Below are positions 12,756-25,066 of a stretch of 64,000 nt of DNA, piece after piece (position 1 is the stretch's first letter; every line of letters starts with the position of its first letter). A program made the translations under genes and the position numbers. Under the pieces are notes generated by a model. The model ran no database searches. It was not told the origin of the DNA and saw nothing but the letters and a program-made list of their open reading frames with translations. The DNA is from the human T2T-CHM13v2.0 reference genome, Homo sapiens, in NCBI RefSeq assembly GCF_009914755.1, contig NC_060937.1. One strand, written 5' to 3'.

Positions 12756-14034
12756 GCAAAAGAAGCTCAAGTACATCTAATCGAATCCCTTACCAAGGCC
12801 TGAATTCTTCACTTCTGACATCCCAGATTTGATCTCCCTACAGAATGCTGTACAGAACTGGCGAGTTGATTTCTGGACTTGGATACCTCATAGAAACTAC
12901 ATATGAATAAAGATCCAATCCTAAAATCTGGGGTGGCTTCTCCCTCGACTGTCTCGAAAAATCGTACCTCTGTTCCCCTAGGATGCCGGAAGAGTTTTCT
13001 CAATGTGCATCTGCCCGTGTCCTAAGTGATCTGTGACCGAGCCCTGTCCGTCCTGTCTCAAATATGTACGTGCAAACACTTCTCTCCATTTCCACAACTA
13101 CCCACGGCCCCTTGTGGAACCACTGGCTCTTTGAAAAAAATCCCAGAAGTGGTTTTGGCTTTTTGGCTAGGAGGCCTAAGCCTGCTGAGAACTTTCCTGC
13201 CCAGGATCCTGTGTGACCAAAAGTGCCTCTGCTGGGAGCTGGGATCCTCGGGACCATGCTTGCTAGCGCTGGATGAGTCTCTGGAAGGACGCACGGGACT
13301 CCGCAAAGCTGACCTGTCCCACCGAGGTCAAATGGATACCTCTGCATTGGCCCGAGGCCTCCGAAGTACATCACCGTCACCAACCGTCACCGTCAGCATC
13401 CTTGTGAGCCTGCCCAAGGCCCCGCCTCCGGGGAGACTCTTGGGAGCCCGGCCTTCGTCGGCTAAAGTCCAAAGGGATGGTGACTTCCACCCACAAGGTC
13501 CCCACTGAACGGCGAAGATGTGGAGCGTAGGTCAGAGAGGGGACCAGGAGGGGAGACGTCCCGACAGGCGATGAGTTCCCAAGGCTCTGGCCACCCCACC
13601 CACGCCCCACGCCCCACGTCCCGGGCACCCGCGGGACACCGCCGCTTTATCCCCTCCTCTGTCCACAGCCGGCCCCACCCCACCACGCAACCCACGCACA
13701 CACGCTGGAGGTTCCAAAACCACACGGTGTGACTAGAGCCTGACGGAGCGAGAGCCCATTTCACGAGGTGGGAGGGGTGGGGGTGGGGTGGGTTGGGGGT
13801 TGTGGGGTCTGTGGCGAGCCCGATTCTCCCTCTTGGGTGGCTACAGGCTAGAAATGAATATCGCTTCTCGGGCGGAGGGGCTTCCTTAGGCCATCACCGC
13901 TTGCGGGACTACCTCTCAAACCCTCCCTTGAGGCCACAAAATAGATTCCACCCCACCCATCGACGTTTCCCCCGGGTGCTGGATGTATCCTGTCAAGAGA
14001 CCTGAGCCTGACACCGTCGAATTAAACACCTTGA

Positions 14035-14230
<196 letters not shown>

Positions 14231-14293
14231 ATTGGTTTTCACTGGAGATTCTAGATTCGAGCCACACCTCATTCCGTGCCACAGAGAGACTTC

Positions 14294-17200
14294 TTTTTTT
14301 TTTTTTTTTTAAGCGCAACGCAACATGTCTGCCTTATTTGAGTGGCTTCCTATATCATTATAATTGTGTTATAGATGAAGAAACGGTATTAAACACTGTG
14401 CTAATGATAGTGAAAGTGAAGACAAAAGAAAGGCTATCTATTTTGTGGTTAGAATAAAGTTGCTCAGTATTTAGAGCTACCTAAATACGTCAGCATTTAC
14501 ACTCTTCCTAGTAAAAGCTGGCCAATCTGAATAATCCTCCTTTAAACAAACACAATTTTTGATAGGGTTAAGATTTTTTTAAGAATGCGACTCCTGCAAA
14601 ATAGCTGAACAGACGATACACATTTAAAAAAATAACAACACAAGGATCAACCAGACTTGGGAAAAAATCGAAAACCACACAAGTCTTATGAAGAACTGAG
14701 TTCTTAAAATAGGACGGAGAACGTAGCTATCGGAAGAGAAGGCAGTATTGGCAAGTTGATTGTTACGTTGGTCAGCAGTAGCTGGCACTATCTTTTTGGC
14801 CATCTTTCGGGCAATGTAACTACTACAGCAAAATGAGATATGATCCATTAAACAACATATTCGCAAATCAAAAAGTGTTTCAGTAATATAATGCTTCAGA
14901 TTTAGAAGCAAATCAAATGATAGAACTCCACTGCTGTAATAAGTCACCCCAAAGATCACCGTATCTGACAAAATAACTACCACAGGGTTATGACTTCAGA
15001 ATCATACTTTCTCTTGATATTTACTTATGTATGTATTTATTTTTTTTAATTTATTTCTCTTGAGACGGCGTCTCGCTCTGTCGCCCAGGCTGGAGTGCGA
15101 TGGTGTGATCTCGGCTCACTGCAACCGCCACCTCCCTGGGTTCAAGCGATTCTCCTGCCTCAGCCTCCCGAGTAGCTGGGACTACAGGTGCCCGCCACCA
15201 CGCCCAGCTAATCTTTATACTTTTAATAGAGACGGGGTTTCACCGTGTCGGCCCGGATGGTCTCGATCTCTTGACCTCGTGACCCGCCCGCCTCGGCCTC
15301 CCAAAGTGCTGGGATGACAGGCGTGAGCCACTGAGCCCGGCCTTCTCTTGACGTTTAAACTATGAAGTCAGTCCAGAGAAACGCAATAAATGTCAACGGT
15401 GAGGATGGTGTTGAGGCAGAAGTAGGACCACACTTTTTCCTATCTTATTCAGTTGATAACAATATGACCTAGGTAGTAATTTCCTATGTGCCTACTTATA
15501 CACGAGTACAAAAGAGTAAAACAGAGAGACTGCTAAATTAAAGGGTACGTGAAGTTCTTCATAGTAACTCCGTAAACTGGAACACTGTCAAAAAGCAGCA
15601 GCTAGTGAATTGTTTCCATGTATTTTTCTATGATCCAATAAGTGAACTATGCTATTCCTTTCCAGTCTCCCAAGCACTTCTTGTCCCCATCACCACTTCG
15701 GTGCTCGAAGAAAAAGTAACAAATCAAGGAACACAACTAAAGAAACACACACACAAACCAAAGACAACTACAGCGTCTGCAAAAGTTTGCTAGAAGACTG
15801 AAACTGTTGAGTATAAGGATCTGGTATTCTACGATGATCATGAGTTCACTTCAGAGTTTGTTCAAGACATACGTTTCGTAAGGAAACATCTTAGTTAGAA
15901 GTTATTCAGCAGTAGGTACCATCCCTAAGTATTTTTCACCAAATTCGTGACAATAAAGAGCTATCTAACCAGAAAAATTAGCGAGTACCGGCACCATCCA
16001 TAGGGCTTTGTCTTTACGCTTCATTAGCACTTACCATGCCTTACAATGTCTAGGATTGACCCTGATAGCATTTCGAAAACAAGCTAATGCTTTGTCCAGT
16101 TCTTCAGTGAAGACAAGCTCACGCCCTAATGCGCTATAGGCATAAGCATCATTTGGATCCACTTCGAGAGTTCTCTGGAAGAATTGAATCGCAATATCGT
16201 GTTCCCGTTGCAGACCGAAACAGTTCCCTGCAGCACACCAGGCCTCTGGCTGGCGAATTTTTATCCATGTCTGTGAAGTCTTTGGACAGAACTGAAAGAG
16301 CAACCTCTTTCGGAGGATGCCAAAGTGTTGTAGAGTAGATCTCCATGCCTTCGACTCTGTAATTCTCAATCCTCCTAACCTCTGAGAATTGTCTTTCAGC
16401 TTGCGTGGACTCTGAAAGTTTACAATAGGCCCTTCCGATTTGGCACAGTACCCAACCGGTATTGCGGTGGTGAGAAGCTAGATGGCTCAAGATGCTGATA
16501 GCTTCTTTGCCGTGGTAAGAACACAAAGCTAAATAACCTTTCCCCCTTTCACGAAGAAGGCTCATCAAGCCTTCCGCTGCTGCTTTTTGTAGATTAAAAG
16601 CCTGAATCTGAGGCGCGATTGCGGCTATTTCCCCTTCTGAAATGACGGAAGAGTCCAATTTTGTCACTTCCAGGCTATCACTTATGTTCGGTGGAGTTAT
16701 TGCTCCTTTATTAGTTTTACTTTTGGTTCTTCTGTTTGGGATTTTAGGTGGAAACTTCATTTTTAATTTTCTCCTATTCTCCTCGGTTGTGGAGCTGTCA
16801 CTAGTCAAGAGTCGTGAATTTCTTCGAGGCGGTGCATTTGGGGGAGATGCCATAGTGGGGCTCAATACCTGAGGTGTTGCCCTTGTCGGCGGACCAGAAC
16901 TTTGTGTTTTTGCAAGGACTGGAGTTACCTTTCGGCTCTTTCCCCTCTGCGAGAAGACAGACGGTGTTCCGGTTTGGCCGATTCTGGCAACAGGCTTTTT
17001 TGAAGGGGCTCCGGTGGATGGCACGTCAATGACAGACGGTGTCTCATACCAGTGCAGTTTTGTCAATAGGGTCCGTCTCCGGGACTTGGGGTTTCTAATG
17101 GCAAAATGCCAACACTTGGGGTTAATGGACTAACAGCTGCTGGTCCTCCTAATAAACTTCGACCAGGTTTTGGTTTATGTTGAACCTGTTTAGATCATAT

Positions 17201-18099
17201 GGAAGTTCCTGTTCCCAGTGGGACAGTATCAGGTGAAAGGACAGCTGAATCGATAGAAGACACTGGGGAGTCTGTATTCAAGGAGTACTTTGAATTGGAA
17301 GATTCTAAATTCCATCCGTTTCATTGGACGGTGTCCTGGGGTGTTTCCGTAAGAACGGTCTCGGGCTGTCTGTGACATAAACTAGGACGAGGTCCAAGTG
17401 TTGCGGCGCAACACTTGGACAGGCAGTTGCTAAAGCTCTCTAGAGAGGTGAATCAAAATGTTTGGTCAGGATCTGGCTTTTCCCCCCTATTTCACATCAT
17501 GATTCAAAGGGACACCAGAGGAAAGGATTTCAACGAAGGCTCTTTTGGTCACATTCTGATCCTTTGGTAAGCCGATCTGTCTTGCAATATACATGTCCCG
17601 ACGATGGAAGGGGAAAGCGAGCTGAATCACCAAACTCAGGAACGATAATATCATCGTGGCTTTTCTGCTTATGAAACACTCCACCCGATAAGATTTGATC
17701 CCCTTCTGCAAGCTTGCTGAGATCAACACAACATTTCGCAAGCAGGCATTTGCATTGCGGGGTAGTACAACTGTGTCCTTTCAAGAGTCTATATGTTTTA
17801 TAGGCCTTTCCTGAGCGGTAAGAACAGGTCGCCAGTAAGAACAAGGCTTCTTCTGAGTGTACTTCTGCATAAAGGCGTTCTGCGGGGGAAACCGCATCTC
17901 GGTAGGTAGGCATAGTGGTTTAGTGCTTGCCATATAGCAGCCTGGACGGGTCCCTGCAGCACCGCCATCCTCGAGGCTCAGGCCCACTTTCTGCAGTGCC
18001 TCAGGCACCCCCCCCCCCCCCCATAGCGGCTCCGGCCCGGCCAGCCCCGGCTCATTTAAAGGCACCAGCCGCCGTTACCGGGGGATGGGGGAGTCCGAG
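14294..18099 (-). pseudogene. CDC27P: CDC27 (APC3) processed pseudogene: 5'UTR, spliced coding exons (ATG at 17,968 to ...RHCKAW at ~16,034), putative intronic extension, poly(A)
   Basis: Translations match CDC27 (AERLYAEVHSEEALFLLATC, KLKMKFPPKIPNR, QAFNLQKAAAEGLMSLLRE, EAWCAAGNCFGLQREHDIAI). No introns in the coding part; frameshifts from 4-bp duplications (~17,903, ~16,247); poly(T) on + at 14,294-14,310; TSD at 14,281-14,296 and 18,100-18,115. Confidence 0.95.
15024..15342 (-). mobile_element. Full-length Alu nested in the CDC27 retrocopy 3' extension, with 15-bp TSD
   Basis: Dimeric Alu flanked by ttctcttgatattta (15,009-15,023) and ttctcttgacgttta (15,343-15,357). Confidence 0.93.
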
Positions 18100-18623
18100 A
18101 CAGAATGACTTCTTTATCCTGCTGACTCTGGAAAGCCCGGCGCCTTGTGATCCATTGCAAACCGAGAGTCACCTCGTGTTTAGAACACGGATCCACTCCC
18201 AAGTTCAGTGGGGGGATGTGAGGGGTGTGGCAGGTAGGACGAAGGACTCTCTTCCTTCTGATTCGGTCTGCACAGTGGGGCCTAGGGCTGGAGCTCTCTC
18301 CGTGCGGACCGCTGACTCCCTCTACCTTGGGTTCCCTCGGCCCCACCCTGGAACGCCGGGCCTTGGCAGATTCTGGCCCTTCCTGGCCCTTCAGTCGCTG
18401 TCAGAAACCCCATCTCATGCTCGGATGCCCCGAGTGACTGTGGCTCGCACCTCTCCGGAAACATTGGAAATCTCTCCTCTACGCGCGGCCACCTGAAACC
18501 ACAGGAGCTCGGGACACACGTGCTTTCGGGAGAGAATGCTGAGAGTCTCTTGCCGACTCTCTCTTGACTTGAGTTCTTCGTGGGTGCGTGGTTAAGACGT
18601 AGTGAGACCAGATGTATTAACTC

Positions 18624-18791
18624 AGGCCGGGTGCTGGTGGCTCACGCCTGTAACCCCAACACTTTGGGAGGCCGAGGCCGTAGGATCCCTCGAGGAATCG
18701 CCTAACCCTGGGGAGGTTGAGGTTGCAGTGAGTGAGCCATAGTTGTGTCACTGTGCTCCAGTCTGGGCGAAAGACAGAATGAGGCCCTGCC

Positions 18792-18822
<31 letters not shown>
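18624..18822 (+). mobile_element. Rearranged monomer-length Alu followed by (GGCA)n
   Basis: ggccgggtgctggtggctcacgcctgtaaccccaacactttgggaggccgagg...gaggttgcagtgag. Confidence 0.8.
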
Positions 18823-18823
<1 letters not shown>

Positions 18824-18893
18824 AAAGACAACAGCTGTATTATGTTCTTCTCAGGGTAGGAAGCAAAAATAACAGAATACAGCACTTAATTAA

Positions 18894-19194
18894 TTTTTTT
18901 TTTTCCCTTCGGACGGAGTTTCACTCTTGGTGCCCACGCTGGAGTGCAGTGGCACCATCTCGGCTCACCGCAACCTCCACCTCCTGCGTTCAAGCGATTC
19001 TCCTGCCTCAGCCTCCTGAGTAGCTGGGATTACAGGGAGGAGCCACCACACCCGGCTGATTTTGTATTGTTAGTAGAGACGGCATTTCTCCATGTGGGTC
19101 AGGCTGGTCTCGAACTGGCGACCCCAGTGGATCTGCCCGCCCCGGCCTCCCAAAGTGCTGGGGTGACAGGCGTGAGCCATCGTGACTGGCCGGC
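18894..19194 (-). mobile_element. Alu
   Basis: gacggagtttcactcttg...cctcccaaagtgctgggg...ggcgtgagcc. Confidence 0.92.
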
Positions 19195-19198
19195 TACG

Positions 19199-19591
<393 letters not shown>

Positions 19592-19647
19592 TATTTATCT
19601 ATTTATTAACTTTGAGTCCAGGTTATGAAACCAGTTAGTTTTTGTAA

Positions 19648-19775
19648 TTTTTTTTTTTTTTTTTTTTTTTTGAGACGAGGTTTCACCGTGTTGCCAAGGC
19701 TTGGACCGAGGGATCCACCGGCCCTCGGCCTCCCAAAAGTGCGGGGATGACAGGCGCGAGCCTACCGCGCCCGGA
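19648..19775 (-). mobile_element. Alu left-arm fragment
   Basis: poly(T), gagacgaggtttcaccgtgttgcc...ctcggcctcccaaaagtg. Confidence 0.75.
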
Positions 19776-20319
19776 CCCCCCCTTTCCCCTTCCCCCGCTT
19801 GTCTTCCCGACAGACAGTTTCACGGCAGAGCGTTTGGCTGGCGTGCTTAAACTCATTCTAAATAGAAATTTGGGACGTCAGCTTCTGGCCTCACGGACTC
19901 TGAGCCGAGGAGTCCCCTGGTCTGTCTATCACAGGACCGTACACGTAAGGAGGAGAAAAATCGTAACGTTCAAAGTCAGTCATTTTGTGATACAGAAATA
20001 CACGGATTCACCCAAAACACAGAAAGCAGTCTTTTAGAAATGGCCTTAGCCCTGGTGTCCGTGCCAGTGATTCTTTTCGGTTTGGACCTTGACTGAGAGG
20101 ATTCCCAGTCGGTCTCTCGTCTCTGGACGGAAGTTCCAGATGATCCGATGGGTGGGGGACTTAGGCTGCGTCCCCCCAGGAGCCCTGGTCGATTAGTTGT
20201 GGGGATCGCCTTGGAGGGCGCGGTGACCCACTGTGCTGTGGGAGCCTCCATCCTTCCCCCCACCCCCTCCCCAGGGGATCCCAATTCATTCCGGGCTGAC
20301 ACGCTCACTGGCAGGCGTC

Positions 20320-20338
20320 GGGCATCACCTAGCGGTCA
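20320..20338 (-). promoter_or_regulatory. CTCF-like motif TGACCGCTAGGTGATGCCC (~4.9 kb upstream of TSS)
   Basis: Visual motif match; a CTCF site has been reported in roughly this part of the human IGS. Confidence 0.55.
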
Positions 20339-20579
20339 CTGTTACTCTGAAAACGGAGGCCTCACAGAGGAAGGGAGCACCAGGCCGCCTGCGCACAGCC
20401 TGGGGCAACTGTGTCTTCTCCACCGCCCCCGCCCCCACCTCCAAGTTCCTCCCTCCCTTGTTGCCTAGGAAATCGCCACTTTGACGACCGGGTCTGATTG
20501 ACCTTTGATCAGGCAAAAACGAACAAACAGATAAATAAATAAAATAACACAAAAGTAACTAACTAAATAAAATAAGTCA

Positions 20580-20712
20580 ATACAACCCATTACAATACAA
20601 TAAGATACGATACGATAGGATGCGATAGGATACGATAGGATACAATACAATACGATACGATACAATACAATACAATACAATACAATACAATACAATACAA
20701 TACAATACAATA
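20580..20712 (+). repeat. (ATACA/ATACG/ATAGG)n pentanucleotide repeat
   Basis: tacaatacaa...tacgatacga. Confidence 0.9.
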
Positions 20713-21075
<363 letters not shown>

Positions 21076-21076
21076 T

Positions 21077-21542
<466 letters not shown>

Positions 21543-21877
21543 TTAACTTCATTTTATGTTATTATCGTGATTGATGTTTCGAGACGGAGTCTCGGAGGCC
21601 CGCCCTCCCTGGTTGCCCAGACAACCCCGGGAGACAGACCCTGGCTGGGCCCGATTGTTCTTCTCCTTGGTCAGGGGTTTCCTTGTCTTTCTTCGTGTCT
21701 TTAACCCGCGTGGACTCTTCCGCTCGGGTTTGACAGATGGCAGCTCCACTTTAGGCCTTGTTGTTGTTGGGGACTTTCCTGATTCTCCCCAGATGTAGTG
21801 AAAGCAGGTAGATTTGCCTTGCCTGGACTTGCCTGGCCTTGCCTTTTCTTTCTTTCTTTCTTTATTACTTTCTCTTT

Positions 21878-22222
21878 TTCTTCTTCTTCTTCTTCTTCTT
21901 CTTCTTCTTCTTCTTCTTCTTCTTCTTCTTCTTTTTTTTTTGAGACAGAGTTTCACTCTTGTTGCCCAGGCTAGAGGGCAATGGTGCGATCTCGGCTCAC
22001 CGCACCCTCCGCCTCCCAGGTTCAAGCGATTCTCCTGCCTCAGCCTCCTGATTAGCTGGGATTACAGGCATGGGCCACCGTGCCTGGCTGATGTTTGTAC
22101 TTTTAGTAGAGACGGTGTTTTTCCATGTTGGTCAGGCTGGTCTCCCACTCCCAACCTCAGGTGGTCCGCCTGCCTTAGCCTCCCAAAGTGCTGGGATGAC
22201 AGGCGTGAGCCACCGCGCCCAG

Positions 22223-22224
<2 letters not shown>
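21878..22224 (-). mobile_element. Alu with (CTT)n tail
   Basis: (ctt)n, poly(T), gagacagagtttcactcttgttgcccaggct...ccaccgcgcccagcc. Confidence 0.93.
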
Positions 22225-22273
<49 letters not shown>

Positions 22274-22924
22274 CGCTCGCTTGCTTGCTTGCTTTCGTGC
22301 TTTCTTGCTTTCCCGTTTTCTTGCTTTCTTTCTTTCTTTCGTTTCTTTCATGCTTGCTTTCTTGCTTGCTTGCTTGCTTTCGTGCTTTCTTGCTTTCCTG
22401 TTTTCTTTTTCTTTCTTTCTTTCTTTCTTTCTTTTGTTTCTTTCTTGCTTGCTTTCTTGCTTGCTTGCTTGCTTTCGTGCTTTCTTGCTTTCCTGTTTTC
22501 TTTCTTTCTTTCTTTCTTTTGTTTCTTTCTTGCTTGCTTTCTTGCTTGCTTGCTTTCGTGCTTTCTTGTTTTCTCGCTTTCTTTCTTTCTTTTGTTTCTT
22601 TCCTGCTTGCTTTCTTGCTTGATTGCTTTCGTGCTTTCTTGCTTTCTTGTTTTCTTTCTTTCTTTTGTTTCTTTCTTTCTTGCTTCCTTGTTTTCTTGCT
22701 TTCTTGCTTGCTTGCTTTCGTGCTTTCTTGTTTTCTTGCTTTCTTTCTTTTGTTTCTTTCTTGCTTGCTTTCTTGCTTCCTTGTTTTCTTGCTTTCTTGC
22801 TTGCTTGCTTTCGTGCTTTCTTTCTTGCTTTCTTTTCTTTCTTTCTTTTCTTTTTCTTTCTTTCTTGCTTTCTTTTCTTTCATTCATTCATTCTTTCTTT
22901 CTTTCCTTTCTTTCTTTCTTTCTT

Positions 22925-22959
<35 letters not shown>

Positions 22960-22965
22960 GTTTCG
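22225..22965 (+). repeat. (CT)n plus (GCTT)/(CTTT) array with ~85-bp higher-order units
   Basis: gctttcgtgctttc at 22,291, 22,376, 22,471, 22,552, 22,625, 22,714, 22,807. Confidence 0.9.
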
Positions 22966-22968
22966 TCC

Positions 22969-23262
<294 letters not shown>

Positions 23263-24259
23263 TGTTGACTCATTTCGCTTTTTTATTTCTTTCGTTTCCA
23301 CGCGTTTACTTATATGTATTAATGTAAACGTTTCTGTACGCTTATATGCAAACAACGACAACGTGTATCTCTGCATTGAATACTCTTGCGTATGGTAAAT
23401 ACGTATCGGTTGTATGGAAATAGACTTCTGTATGATAGATGTAGGTGTTTGTGTTATACAAATAAATACACATCGCTCTATAAAGAAGGGATCGTCGATA
23501 AAGACGTTTATTTTACGTATGAAAAGCGTCGTATGTATGTGTGTAAATGAACGAGCGTACGTAGTTATCTCTGTTTTCTTTCTTCCTCTCCTTCGTGTTT
23601 TTCTTCCTTCCTTTCTTCCTTTCTCTCCTTCTTTAGGTTTTTCTTCCTCTCTTCCTTTCCTTCTTTCTCTCTTTCTGTCCTTTTTTCCTTCGTGCTTTAT
23701 TTCTCTTTCGTTCCCTGTGTTTCCTTCTTTTTTCTTTCCTCTCTGTTTCTTTTTCCCTTCTTTCCTTCGTTTCTTTCCTCATTCTTTCTCTCTTTTTCGT
23801 GTTTCTTTCCTTCCCGTCTGTCTTTTAAAAAATGGAGTGTTTCAGAAGTTTACTTTGTGTATCTACGTTTTCTAAATTGTCTCTCTTTTCTCCATTTTCT
23901 TCCTCCCTCCCTCCCTCCCTCCCTTCCTGCTCCCTTCCCTCCCTCCTTCCCTTTCGCCATCTGTCTCTTTTCCCCACTCCCCTCCCCCCGTCTGTCTCTG
24001 CGTGGATTCCGGAAGAGCCTACGCATTCTGCCTCTCCGTGTGTCTGCAGCGACCCGCGACCGAGTCCTTGTGTGTTCTTTCTCCCTCCCTCCCTCCCTCC
24101 CTCCCTCCCTCCCTGCTTCCGAGAGGCATCTCCAAACACCCACGCGCCGTGGGTTGTCTTCTGACTCTGTCGCGGTCGAGGCAGAGACGCGTTTTGGGCA
24201 CCGTTTGTGTGGGGTTGGGGCAGAGGGGCTGCGTTTTCGGCCTCGGGAAGAGCTTCTCG

Positions 24260-24600
24260 ACTCACGGTTTCGCTTTCGCGGTCCACGGGCCGCCCTGCCA
24301 GCCGGATCTGTCTCGCTGACGTCCGCGGCGGTTGTCGGGCTCCATCTGGCGGCCGCTTTGAGATCGTGCTCTCGGCTTCCGGAGCTGCGGTGGCAGCTGC
24401 CGAGGGAGGGGACCGTCCCCGCTGTGAGCTAGGCAGAGCTCCGGAAAGCCCGCGGTCGTCAGCCCGGCTGGCCCGGTGGCGCCAGAGCTGTGGCGCGTCG
24501 CTTGTGAGTCACAGCTCTGGCGTGCAGGTTTATGTGGGGGAGAGGCTGTCGCTGCGCTTCTGGGCCCGCGGCGGGCGTGGGGCTGCCCGGGCCGGTCGAC
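24260..24600 (+). promoter_or_regulatory. Spacer-promoter region with CTCF-like motif (24,337-24,355, minus strand CGGCCGCCAGATGGAGCCC)
   Basis: Lies about -960 to -620 from the TSS, at the start of the CpG island, and is followed by a Sal box. The CTCF / spacer promoter / terminator order is known for mammalian rDNA. Exact start site not determinable by eye. Confidence 0.6.
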
Positions 24601-24641
24601 CAGCGCGCCGTAGCTCCCGAGGCCCGAGCCGCGACCCGCGG
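24550..24641 (+). ncRNA. MIR6724: Annotated rDNA-derived hairpin mir-6724
   Basis: Contains ctgggcccgcggcgggcgtgggg (recalled miR-6724-5p); status as a real miRNA is doubtful. Confidence 0.65.
24594..24603 (+). terminator. Upstream Sal box (spacer terminator-like) GGTCGACCAG
   Basis: Same core as the downstream TTF-I boxes, at about -629. Confidence 0.75.
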
Positions 24642-25046
24642 GGACCCGCCGCGCGTGGCGCGGGAGGCTGGGGACGCCCTTCCCGGCCCGGTCGCGGGTC
24701 CGCGCTCATCCTGGCCGTCTGAGGCGGCGGCCGAATTCGTTTCCGAGTCCCCGTGGGGAGCCGGGGACCGTCCCGCCCCCGTCCCCCGGGTGCCGGGGAG
24801 CGGTCCCTCTGCCGCGATCCTTTCTGGCGAGTCCCCGTGCGGAGTCGGAGAGCGCTCCCTGAGCGCGCGTGCGGCCCGAGAGGTCGCGCCTGGCCGGCCT
24901 TCGGTCCCTCGTGTGTCCCGGTCGTAGGAGGGGCCGGCCGAAAATGCTTCCGGCTCCCGCTCTGGAGACACGGGCCGGCCCCCTGCGTGTGGCACGGGCG
25001 GCCGGGAGGGCGTCCCCGGCCCGGCGCTGCTCCCGCGTGTGTCCTG

Positions 25047-25057
25047 GGGTTGACCAG
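25047..25057 (+). terminator. Promoter-proximal T0 site GGGTTGACCAG
   Basis: One mismatch to GGGTCGACCAG, at -176 to -166. Confidence 0.8.
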
Positions 25058-25066
25058 AGGGCCCCG

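Noticed and set aside
12780-14030. Unique-looking IGS stretch with several 60-160 aa ORFs
   Set aside because: No recognisable homology, splice structure or RNA motif by eye; left unannotated pending a Dfam/BLAST search.
16149-17066. 305-aa CDC27-like ORF as a functional CDS
   Set aside because: It is a fragment between frameshifts with a non-ATG start and many radical substitutions; treated as pseudogene.
21600-21655. Possible fifth fragment of the CTCF-like module (ctccctggttgcccag...ccctggctggg)
   Set aside because: Matches are too short and there is no CTCF-like core; could be chance.
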